From Parasphingopyxis sp. (lineage in GTDB: Bacteria > Pseudomonadota > Alphaproteobacteria > Sphingomonadales > Sphingomonadaceae): DNA of 38,333 nucleotides. The stretch is taken from assembly GCA_041746035.1 (NCBI GenBank), contig JBGTHW010000069.1, positions 1-38,333 on the forward strand, in the 5' to 3' direction. The notes under the pieces are model-generated. The model saw nothing but the letters and a program-made list of their open reading frames with translations. It was not told where the DNA came from and ran no database searches. The position numbers and the translations under genes are program-made. Shown here piece after piece: positions 14,113 to 22,146 of the stretch. Numbering within the stretch: position 1 is the stretch's first letter; every line of letters begins with the position of its first letter.

Positions 14113-14492
14113 TCAGCCCTTATATGTCCCGACCCACCAGGTGTTGCCCGCCATATCCTTAAAACCCGCCTGCCTCTCGCCATAGGGTTTGTCCGTCGGC
14201 GGCTGGATGGAGGTTACGTCGCGGTGCATTGCCTTGGCGAAAACCGTATCGACATCCTCGACATAGACATAGATAGAGTTCGCCAGGGCGAGATATCGTC
14301 CGGCAATTCCCCGGCCTCCAGAGCAATCACGGAATCGCCGACCTGCAATTCGACATGGAAGCTCTCCGGTCCGAACTCATGGCGCTCCAGTTGGGTCGCG
14401 TCGAATACCTCTTCCAGAAAGCCGACAAGCTCCTTTTGTCCATGGAGATAGGGCCGGACGCTTCCAATGCTGTGTCGTATATGATCGGTCAT
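14113..14492 (-). pseudogene. VOC/glyoxalase (PhnB-like) gene with a 1-nt frameshift at ~14282
   Basis: Frame A gives MTDHIRHSIGSVRPYL...HVELQVGDSVIALEAGELPDDISPW. After TGG-CG the other frame continues NSIYVYVEDVDTVFAKAMHRDVTSIQPPTDKPYGERQAGFKDMAGNTWWVGTYKG*. The span is 380 nt, one short of 127 codons. Confidence 0.88.
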
Positions 14493-14567
14493 ACTGCGCT
14501 CCCGTTTTCTCATCGCCGTCCGCCGGGGAACGGTATAAACTGTCCCGCAAAGAGAGGCCAATCGAAG

Positions 14568-15176
14568 ATGGACATATCGAATATCGAGCTGCCAAAAAAC
14601 ATCCGCCAAGCCTCCCAATCCGACTGGCGGACCATCGGGGCAATCACTGGCGACGCGTTCCAGAACGATCCTGTCACAAACTGGATATTCAGCAACAAAC
14701 GGGCGCTACCGCTTGTTTTCGGGCGGGAGGCACGGGATATCTATCTGCCACGCGGCGTTTGTCATCTCGCGGGCGATGACGGTGCGACGATGTGGCTGCT
14801 GCCGGGCGAGAGCAACGACATGCCGCTTATGGGGCAGATCAGCACGGCGTGGCACATGATGCGACACGGTGGTATTGGCGTCTTGCGCAGGGGTATGGTT
14901 TGCGAGGCGAATATGGCCGAGCATCATCCCAAGGAACCGCACATTTATCTCTATATGATTGCCGTGCGGCCGGCCGCGCAAGGGAAGGGCGTCGGCCGCT
15001 CCCTCCTCGCACCGATGCTGGCGGCGTGCGACGAAGCAGGTCTGCCCGCCTATCTGGAAAATTCCAACCCGCGCAACCATGCGCTCTATGCCGCGCATGG
15101 TTTCGAGCATGTCGCCTATTTCGATGCGGGGCCGGGCGGCCCGCCTCTGGAGCCAATGTGGCGGAAGCCGCAGTGA
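14568..15176 (+). CDS. GNAT family N-acetyltransferase
   Basis: AFQNDP, HIYLYMIAVRPAAQGKGVGRSLL (acetyl-CoA motif A), PAYLENSNPRNHALYAAHGF. Confidence 0.9.
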   Translation: MDISNIELPKNIRQASQSDWRTIGAITGDAFQNDPVTNWIFSNKRALPLVFGREARDIYLPRGVCHLAGDDGATMWLLPGESNDMPLMGQISTAWHMMRHGGIGVLRRGMVCEANMAEHHPKEPHIYLYMIAVRPAAQGKGVGRSLLAPMLAACDEAGLPAYLENSNPRNHALYAAHGFEHVAYFDAGPGGPPLEPMWRKPQ

Positions 15177-15265
15177 TTGTGTCCCGATAGGAAGCAATCG
15201 CGCGTTACCATTTCGCGAATCTTTTGCCGCGTGCTATCCCCCGAAAGAAAAAGAGGAGAGCCGCC

Positions 15266-16753
15266 TTGCAACAATTATCCGCGATGGACGCCAGCTTCGT
15301 CTATATGGAACAGCCCAACAGCCCGATGCATATCGGTTCGCTGGCAATCTACGATCCCTCTACCTCGCCCAATGGCAAGCTTCGTTTCAAGGAAGTGCTC
15401 GATTTTATCGAATCCCGCCTCGACGGGGCCTGGGCTTTCCGGCGTAAGCTGGTCCGCGTGCCGTTCGATCTGGACCATCCTTACTGGGTCGAGGCGGACG
15501 ATTTCGATCTGGAGTATCATGTCCGGCATATCGCGCTGCCCGAACCGGGCGACTGGCGGCAGCTCTGTATCCTGGCCTCGCGGCTCCATTCGCGCCCGCT
15601 CGACATGACCAAACCGCTCTGGGAGTTCACGGTTATCGAAGGCCTCGACAATGTCGAAGGCATTCCCAAGGGCAGCATCATGCTGCTTTCCAAGGTGCAC
15701 CATGCGGCGATCGACGGTATGTCGGGCGTCGAGATGACCACGGCCATCCACGACCTCACCCCCGATGCCCCGCCGCGCGAATTCGGCATGGACTGGAAGC
15801 CCGAAAAAGGGCCGGGCGAGGCCGAACTCCTGATCCGTGCGCAGGTCAATGCCGTGCGGCAGCCCTTCAAGGTCGCCGATATCGTCGCGCGCAGTCTGCC
15901 GGGGATGGCGAAAGCCACTGCCGGACTGTGGCGTCGCGAACTGGGTCTGCCGTCGGATGCCAATGCTCCCAACACGCTTCTCAACAGCACGGTCTCGGCG
16001 CACCGGGTGTTCGACGGCCTCCGTTTCGATCTGGAAGAGGTCAAGGCGATCAAGAACGCGGTCGAAGGGGCGACGGTGAATGATGTAATCCTCTCGATCG
16101 TCGGCGGGGGCTTGAGGAAATATCTCCAGTCGAAAGACGACCTGCCGAAGGAAGACCTGCTGGCGATGGCTCCGATCTCGGTGCGGACAGAAGACGAGAA
16201 AAGCGCGCTCGGCAACCAGGTGTCGGCAATGATCGTCAATCTGGGTTCGGGTGTCGAAGACCCGGTCGAACGGCTGCGCTATGTTCATGAGCGCACGCAG
16301 AAATCGAAGAAACTCACTCATGCCATCGGTGCCCGCAATCTGGCGCGCTTCAGCGAAATGGCACCGGGCGGTCTGATGGGTCTGGGCGCGCGCCTCTATA
16401 CCCGCGCCGGCATCGCCAATATGCACAGCCCGACCTTCAATTGCATCGTTACCAATGTGCCGGGCCCGCCGATGCCACTCTATTTCGCGGGCGCGAAACT
16501 GATCGATCAATATGGCGTCGGGCCGGTGTTCGACGGGATGGGGCTGATCGTGCCGGTCTATAGTTACAATGGCGCGATTTGCGTATCCTTTACCGGTGAC
16601 CGAAGCCAGATCGGCGACCCGGAGAATCTGGCCGCGGCCTTCCGCGAGGCGTTCGAGGAACTGAAGAAGGCGCTGATCGCACCGAAGCGCAAGCGCACTT
16701 CGGCAAAGAAGAAGCAGGCTCCGGCCAGGCGGAAGAAAGCGGGGGCGAGCTAG
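15266..16753 (+). CDS. Wax ester synthase / acyl-CoA:diacylglycerol acyltransferase (WS/DGAT)
   Basis: TTG start after AGAGGAG; QQLSAMDASFVYME..PMHIG, PLWE, catalytic HHAAIDG, ATVNDV, TNVPGP. Confidence 0.94.
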   Translation: MQQLSAMDASFVYMEQPNSPMHIGSLAIYDPSTSPNGKLRFKEVLDFIESRLDGAWAFRRKLVRVPFDLDHPYWVEADDFDLEYHVRHIALPEPGDWRQLCILASRLHSRPLDMTKPLWEFTVIEGLDNVEGIPKGSIMLLSKVHHAAIDGMSGVEMTTAIHDLTPDAPPREFGMDWKPEKGPGEAELLIRAQVNAVRQPFKVADIVARSLPGMAKATAGLWRRELGLPSDANAPNTLLNSTVSAHRVFDGLRFDLEEVKAIKNAVEGATVNDVILSIVGGGLRKYLQSKDDLPKEDLLAMAPISVRTEDEKSALGNQVSAMIVNLGSGVEDPVERLRYVHERTQKSKKLTHAIGARNLARFSEMAPGGLMGLGARLYTRAGIANMHSPTFNCIVTNVPGPPMPLYFAGAKLIDQYGVGPVFDGMGLIVPVYSYNGAICVSFTGDRSQIGDPENLAAAFREAFEELKKALIAPKRKRTSAKKKQAPARRKKAGAS

Positions 16754-17553
16754 CGCGCGGAAGGATAGAGTCTGGCATGGATGCCGGTCGGCGCGAAGGG
16801 CGACCACTCCCCCTCTTTCCGGGAGAGCCGATCGGCGATGGCGAGCAATACCGTGCCATTCGCGCCCAGTCCGCAATGGCTGCCATAAACTTCGACATTC
16901 TCGGAAATGGCGCTCTCCGCAACCTGGCAGTTCTGCCAGGGCACGACGCCGTCGGCTTTGGAGTAAATGGCAGTCGTCGGGACTTGGGGTACGCCCGCTA
17001 TCTCCGACATTTGCTGACGGACGCGTTCGTTGCTGATCTTTTCGCCTGTGGCGGCTTCATAAACACGCCACACACTCGTCGCCCGACCGTTGCCGCGCAG
17101 GGGCGAGCCCAGCGTAATGACCTGCCGTATCGTGGCGTCGCCCATATGAACGCTGGCATGGCGGGCCAGCGCGCCGCCAAGGCTCCAGCCGACAAGGCTT
17201 ATTTTCTTGCCGGTGGCCTCGTGAATCGAACGGATTTTCCCGAACAGCTTCTCGCCATTCACGCCGACGGCGCGCGGACCAAGATTGCGGCCCAGATCCC
17301 AGCGATAGGTGTCATAGCCCAGCCGCCGCAGATAGCGCCGCAGGATACGCGTCGAACGGTCCGTGGTCATGAAGCCGGGAAGCACCATCACCGGATGTCC
17401 GTCTCCGCGCGGTGCGGAGAGCAATAGCGGCGCTGCCAGCGGTAGTGTCGCGACTTCGAAGAGGGCGCGGTGCAGCTCGGAATAAGCGAGGAGCCCGGAA
17501 GGACGCGATACCGCCTCGCCTGCGGGAATTGCCGATGCGGCTGCCATGGCCAT
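16750..17553 (-). CDS. Alpha/beta hydrolase (lipase/esterase-like)
   Basis: PVMVLPGF, nucleophile elbow GWSLGG, ITLGSP, DGVVPW, SHCGL; 4-bp convergent overlap with WS/DGAT. Confidence 0.88.
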   Translation of the reverse strand: MAMAAASAIPAGEAVSRPSGLLAYSELHRALFEVATLPLAAPLLLSAPRGDGHPVMVLPGFMTTDRSTRILRRYLRRLGYDTYRWDLGRNLGPRAVGVNGEKLFGKIRSIHEATGKKISLVGWSLGGALARHASVHMGDATIRQVITLGSPLRGNGRATSVWRVYEAATGEKISNERVRQQMSEIAGVPQVPTTAIYSKADGVVPWQNCQVAESAISENVEVYGSHCGLGANGTVLLAIADRLSRKEGEWSPFAPTGIHARLYPSAR

Positions 17554-17586
17554 GCTCAATACTCCCGCTATTTCCGGAAACGCAAA

Positions 17587-17970
17587 TCAGTGCCTGTGTT
17601 CGGGCCGCAAGCTATAGCGGCCTTTGGCAAAATTATCGAAAATACCGCCGATGGCCGGATGATCTATCGGTTCGTCGCTATCGTCCTGCAGCAGATTCTG
17701 CTGGCTGACATAGGCAACATAGCTCGATTCCTCGTTTTCGGCGAGCAGATGATAGAAGGGCTGATCGCGCTTCGGGCGCAGATCCTGCGGGATCGATTCG
17801 TACCACTCCTCGCTATTGGCGAAGACCGGATCGATATCGAAGACAACGCCGCGAAATTCGAACATGCGGTGCTTCACGACATCGCCGATATTGAAATTGG
17901 CATGGGCGACCGGCGGGGCACCCTTGCCGAGTGTGCCGCGATCCATCATCGAGGGGATAGAATTGTTCAT
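17587..17970 (-). CDS. hspQ: Heat shock protein HspQ (YccV-like)
   Basis: FNIGDVVKHRMFEFRGVVFDIDPVFANSEEWYESIP...QPFYHLLAEN..YVAYVSQQNL. Confidence 0.92.
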   Translation of the reverse strand: MNNSIPSMMDRGTLGKGAPPVAHANFNIGDVVKHRMFEFRGVVFDIDPVFANSEEWYESIPQDLRPKRDQPFYHLLAENEESSYVAYVSQQNLLQDDSDEPIDHPAIGGIFDNFAKGRYSLRPEHRH

Positions 17971-18100
17971 TGCATGACAGATGTAGGGGCGGAGATTCGC
18001 CGTGGCAAGTTCGCGGGTTGGCAAGCATGTGCGGATCGGCTAGAGCGCGCCGCCTGAACGGCCCGTTTGGCGTGCCAGCGCCGGAAACAGCTATCCTCGC

Positions 18101-18190
<90 letters not shown>

Positions 18191-18367
18191 CGGGCAGCGG
18201 TCTTTTGCGCTTGTCGAGCGTGTCTCTGGCGGTTGCGGACGGCGGGTCTCGCGCGGTTGCAAAAAAGGGCGTCGCTGCTATTCAGGCGGCGATATGGCCA
18301 GCCAGCCAGTAAATGCCGGATGCCGCCCGTTTCCGGAGCACCCGTCGCGCGAAAGGATTGCAGGGCC

Positions 18368-21300
18368 GTGCATCTGTACGATAAGAGATCGGGTCCGTCG
18401 TTCGATCCGTTCTGGTCGATCCCCGACATGCCATCGGCCGAAGCATGGACCGATTCCCTGTTCGCTTGCGGTCGGGCCGACGATACGGCGGGGTGGGTCG
18501 CGGCTGCGCGCGCGCTGTTGCTGCGGCTTCCGCCGACACCGTCTCGCTATCGAAGAGACGTGACCTGGTCGGTTTCGGACTCGCTGACGAATTTGCCGCT
18601 GACCGGGCCTTTCAGCCTGGAAACCCGGCTCGGGCTTGTGAATATCGCCCAGTATCTGCCGACCTGGCAAATTTTGCGCGAGATGCCGCAAGATGGCGAA
18701 GGATTCGATCCTTTTCTCGCCATTCTGGGCAGTATCCCGGAGGCGCACAGGCTGCTCGAGCGGATTATCGAGAAGGGCGGATGGCTTGCTGAAAGCCCCC
18801 AACGCTGGCGGGAGGTCTGCGCGGCGGCGGAGCAACGGGACGATTTTTCCCGGACGGACAGGCTCATGGTGAGGCTTTTCAGGCTGTCGGGATCCACGGT
18901 TGCCCGTGAGCTCCCCGCTAGTGCCGCAAGACCGGACGTTCCCCGGTATTTCGACAGCGGTACCGACCCTGCTGCGATGGCCTCGGGCTTGCGAAAAAAA
19001 ATGCGGGGGAGCAGCAATTTTCTCCTTATTTTCGAACTGCTGCGGCAGGCCGAAACACTCGAGGGCAGGGACAGGGAACGCGCGCGGCTGGAAATCGGCC
19101 AGGCCTTCGCGGAATGCGATTTCGACCGGGCGTTTGCGGATCAGGAACGGGAACCGATCATTGCGGTCGCGAAGGATCTGCGCCCGTGGTTCCTGCCCAA
19201 AGCGTTCGGTCTTTGCGGGCGCGACCCGACTCCGTTCTACCATTGTCTGCTCGGCGATCCGCTGGCGCATGGCGTTTTGCGCGCGATGCTCAAAAAGCAG
19301 CCGGTCGATCGCCGTCCTCTTCGCAGCTGGATCGAAGATATCGTCGATCGAAATCAGGCCTGTAGCCCGCCCCAACTTTCGTTGGGGCTGGCGCACTTTA
19401 TCGGCCATCGGGACGGGCGCCTTACCGCGTTGTACGATGCGCTGGAGCAGCGGAACATCGCCGACGGCGAAGCCGCTGCGCCAGTATTTGCCGATGACAG
19501 GAAGGTCGTCGGATCATGGCTGAAACAGGGCACGGACGAGGCACGGAACGAACGAAACGGCGAGGCCGCAGCCGCATTCGTGGAAAACGGCAACGTCTGG
19601 CGCGCCATTTTTGCGCTTTCGCAGAACACACCGCATGGCTCGCCCGATTTTGCGGACGGCCTCGCTGCACTTTCGCCTTACCTGGCAAACGGTGCCTATC
19701 GTCTTGCCCTGTGCTCTGTGGTTCTTGCCCGGAGTTTCGACACCGGGGCAATACTCGATCTCGCCGGACATTTGCGGGAGCTGGGCTTCGATGTGCTGGC
19801 CGCAAATCTGCTGGCAACAAGGACCGGCTCGTCGAAGACCGCAGCGCGGCTGTTCGGCCGGATTATGGACAAGCTCGCCTCGCCCCGAGACCGGGTCGCG
19901 CTCTGGGAAGAACTCGGCGCGATCCATTCCGGCCCGGTTTTTCGGTCGCACCTCGCGACGGCCCAGAACGATGCGTTGCTGTATCGCGAAGCCGAACAGA
20001 CGATGCAAAAATTGCGCACGGCTTCCGGGGAGCGCCCCGGCCTGGTGCGTGCGAGGTTGCAGCTATTCGGCAAACGCGGAGATTTGACGAGGGCCATACG
20101 ATCCGCCGATGAGTATCTTGCGCAGTTTCCCGAGTCCAGGCCCCTCGAAAGCGATACGTGGCGATACAGGTTCGAGGCCGGCGAGTGGCATTTCGATGAG
20201 TCCGAGGAAGAGCGTCTGGAGGATCGCACCCAGCTTGCCTATTTCCGGTTGAGGGCGGATCATTTCGTCACCCGCGGCGAGAGCGCGAAAGCCGAGGCCA
20301 TCCATACCGACATTGCCCGGCTGACCGGCCAGGCACCCGACTATCACCGGCTGCTCAACGCGAAATTCGGCGCGGGAAAATTTGCCGAAGCGGCGGCGTT
20401 TTGCGGACAGCTGAAAATGCGGTTTCCGGGCGATCGCAGCTTCTGGAAAAAATCGGCGCAAGTGGCGGAACGGCTGCGAAATTATGACGCCATGCTGGAT
20501 AATTGCGTGGAGTTGCTCGCGCTGAAACCCGACGATCAAAATGCGCGATCCGCGCTTGCCCGGGCGCTTGTCTATCTGGACCGGGACCGCGAGGCGCTCG
20601 ACTGGCTGGACGATTGCCAGGGCGAAACCGACGATACCGTCTGGGTCGATGCGATGCGCGCCTTTGCCCATGCGCGTCATGGCAGGGGCGGGGAAGCGTC
20701 GGCGGCGCTGGGCGAGGTTTATCGCCGGTGCCGTGCCATAACCGACGAGTATCGGGCGGGGCAGGCGCGCGACCCGGCGGATACGCTGCTGCTCGATGGT
20801 CGGCATGTTGCGCACCAGAATCCCGAAGCCGCGCCGATCTATGCGAATTTCAACCGCTGCCTTGAGCGGCTGACGCAGGGCCCCGTTGCGCTTATCGGCA
20901 ATGCGCCGTCGATACTCGGCAGCGGGCTGGGCAAGGAAATCGATTCCTTCGAAACAGTGGTGCGGCTGAACGATTTTGTCATCGAAGGCTATGAGGCAGA
21001 CCTCGGCGAGCGGGTCGATTTCTGGTATTCCTCGGCCAACCGCCAAGCGTCTCCGCACCGGCCGAGCGTGGCGAAGGCGACGGTCATTATGAAGCAGAAT
21101 TTCGCGCAGCATTTCCCGGAAGTGCGAAAGTTCAGCCAGGGCAGGCTGGGGTTCGAGGTCGATCCGGCAACCAGCACCTATCTGCCGCCGTGCTTCGCAA
21201 TGATGAGCGAAGGGCTGACCTATCCGTTCCCCAGCACCGGCTTTCGGATGATCCAGATTCTCGAGTTTCTGGTACAAACCGAATATACCACATTCGGTTT

Positions 21301-21451
21301 CGACTTTTTCAAGTCCGACGAGATGCATTATTTCGACAAGGGTGAAACGCACCTGCAGATCGGCGAAGTGCACGCCATCGATTTCGAGCGCGATTTCGTG
21401 GCGACGGTGCTGGAGCCCTATGGGCGGTATGGAAGTTTCCGCCGCACCTAA
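18368..21451 (+). CDS. ~1030 aa helical/TPR-repeat protein with C-terminal GT29 (sialyltransferase-like) domain; start uncertain (18320, 18368 or 18428)
   Basis: TPR-like helices (~20040-20740, e.g. LLALKPDDQNARSALARAL). Sialylmotifs occur in order: L (VALIGNAPSILGSGLGKEIDSFETVVRLNDF..GYEADLG), S (PSTGF...FGF), III (HYFD), VS (HAIDFE). GTG start follows AAAGGA. Confidence 0.82.
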   Translation: MHLYDKRSGPSFDPFWSIPDMPSAEAWTDSLFACGRADDTAGWVAAARALLLRLPPTPSRYRRDVTWSVSDSLTNLPLTGPFSLETRLGLVNIAQYLPTWQILREMPQDGEGFDPFLAILGSIPEAHRLLERIIEKGGWLAESPQRWREVCAAAEQRDDFSRTDRLMVRLFRLSGSTVARELPASAARPDVPRYFDSGTDPAAMASGLRKKMRGSSNFLLIFELLRQAETLEGRDRERARLEIGQAFAECDFDRAFADQEREPIIAVAKDLRPWFLPKAFGLCGRDPTPFYHCLLGDPLAHGVLRAMLKKQPVDRRPLRSWIEDIVDRNQACSPPQLSLGLAHFIGHRDGRLTALYDALEQRNIADGEAAAPVFADDRKVVGSWLKQGTDEARNERNGEAAAAFVENGNVWRAIFALSQNTPHGSPDFADGLAALSPYLANGAYRLALCSVVLARSFDTGAILDLAGHLRELGFDVLAANLLATRTGSSKTAARLFGRIMDKLASPRDRVALWEELGAIHSGPVFRSHLATAQNDALLYREAEQTMQKLRTASGERPGLVRARLQLFGKRGDLTRAIRSADEYLAQFPESRPLESDTWRYRFEAGEWHFDESEEERLEDRTQLAYFRLRADHFVTRGESAKAEAIHTDIARLTGQAPDYHRLLNAKFGAGKFAEAAAFCGQLKMRFPGDRSFWKKSAQVAERLRNYDAMLDNCVELLALKPDDQNARSALARALVYLDRDREALDWLDDCQGETDDTVWVDAMRAFAHARHGRGGEASAALGEVYRRCRAITDEYRAGQARDPADTLLLDGRHVAHQNPEAAPIYANFNRCLERLTQGPVALIGNAPSILGSGLGKEIDSFETVVRLNDFVIEGYEADLGERVDFWYSSANRQASPHRPSVAKATVIMKQNFAQHFPEVRKFSQGRLGFEVDPATSTYLPPCFAMMSEGLTYPFPSTGFRMIQILEFLVQTEYTTFGFDFFKSDEMHYFDKGETHLQIGEVHAIDFERDFVATVLEPYGRYGSFRRT

Positions 21452-22146
21452 TTCTGCGAGCAGTTTTTGCTCTTTGCCAAGGCCTTGTTGATGAAAACGG
21501 CGTTGCAGCGTCGCAGATAAAGCGTGTCCCGGCTCTCCAGACGAAAAAGTCTGAAGTCGAAGAGCCGGTAACCCATCGCTTCGAGGACGTGCTTGAAACT
21601 CTCCAGCGGTATATGGCGGTCGTTCTCCGGGTTGAGGCCAGTTTCCACTTCGACAAAGCCGATTTTCCCCGTCAGGAGCTGTTTCGAAAACCCGAGCAGT
21701 GCGGCCATGTCATGGCCTTCGGCGTCGATTTTCAGGAAATCGACATATTCGATCTGCCGTCCCCTGCAAAAAACGTCGCCGGTGGTCATCGGCACATCGA
21801 CGGTGTCAGCCCGGGTGGCTTCCGTGACGATGCGGTTAGTGGTCGCCGTGCCGCGGGCCAGCATCGGCACGGTGGCCACTGTGGAACCCAGCGCCAGACT
21901 GTGACAGGATACCAGAGGATCCGCTCCCCATTTCTGTTCGAGCGCGGCAAAGCTATCGGGCGCAGGTTCGAATGCGAAAATTTTCGTTTCAGGGAACGCT
22001 GTTCGCACGGAACGGACAGTCTGGCCGATATTGGCCCCGACATCGAAATAGATATCGAGCGAGATATCCGGAAGATAACGGGCGATCTTCCTTGCCAGCG
22101 GCACGACATTCTCGGGATCGGAATCTCGCGATTTCTCCTTGCTCAT
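21448..22146 (-). CDS. FkbM family SAM-dependent methyltransferase
   Basis: FDVGANIG, IFAFEP, ALG, DFLKIDAEGHD. Confidence 0.92.
   Translation of the reverse strand: MSKEKSRDSDPENVVPLARKIARYLPDISLDIYFDVGANIGQTVRSVRTAFPETKIFAFEPAPDSFAALEQKWGADPLVSCHSLALGSTVATVPMLARGTATTNRIVTEATRADTVDVPMTTGDVFCRGRQIEYVDFLKIDAEGHDMAALLGFSKQLLTGKIGFVEVETGLNPENDRHIPLESFKHVLEAMGYRLFDFRLFRLESRDTLYLRRCNAVFINKALAKSKNCSQN

Noticed and set aside
14270-14295. Programmed ribosomal frameshift in the VOC gene
   Set aside because: No slippery heptamer or stimulatory structure evident; a simple deletion or error is more parsimonious
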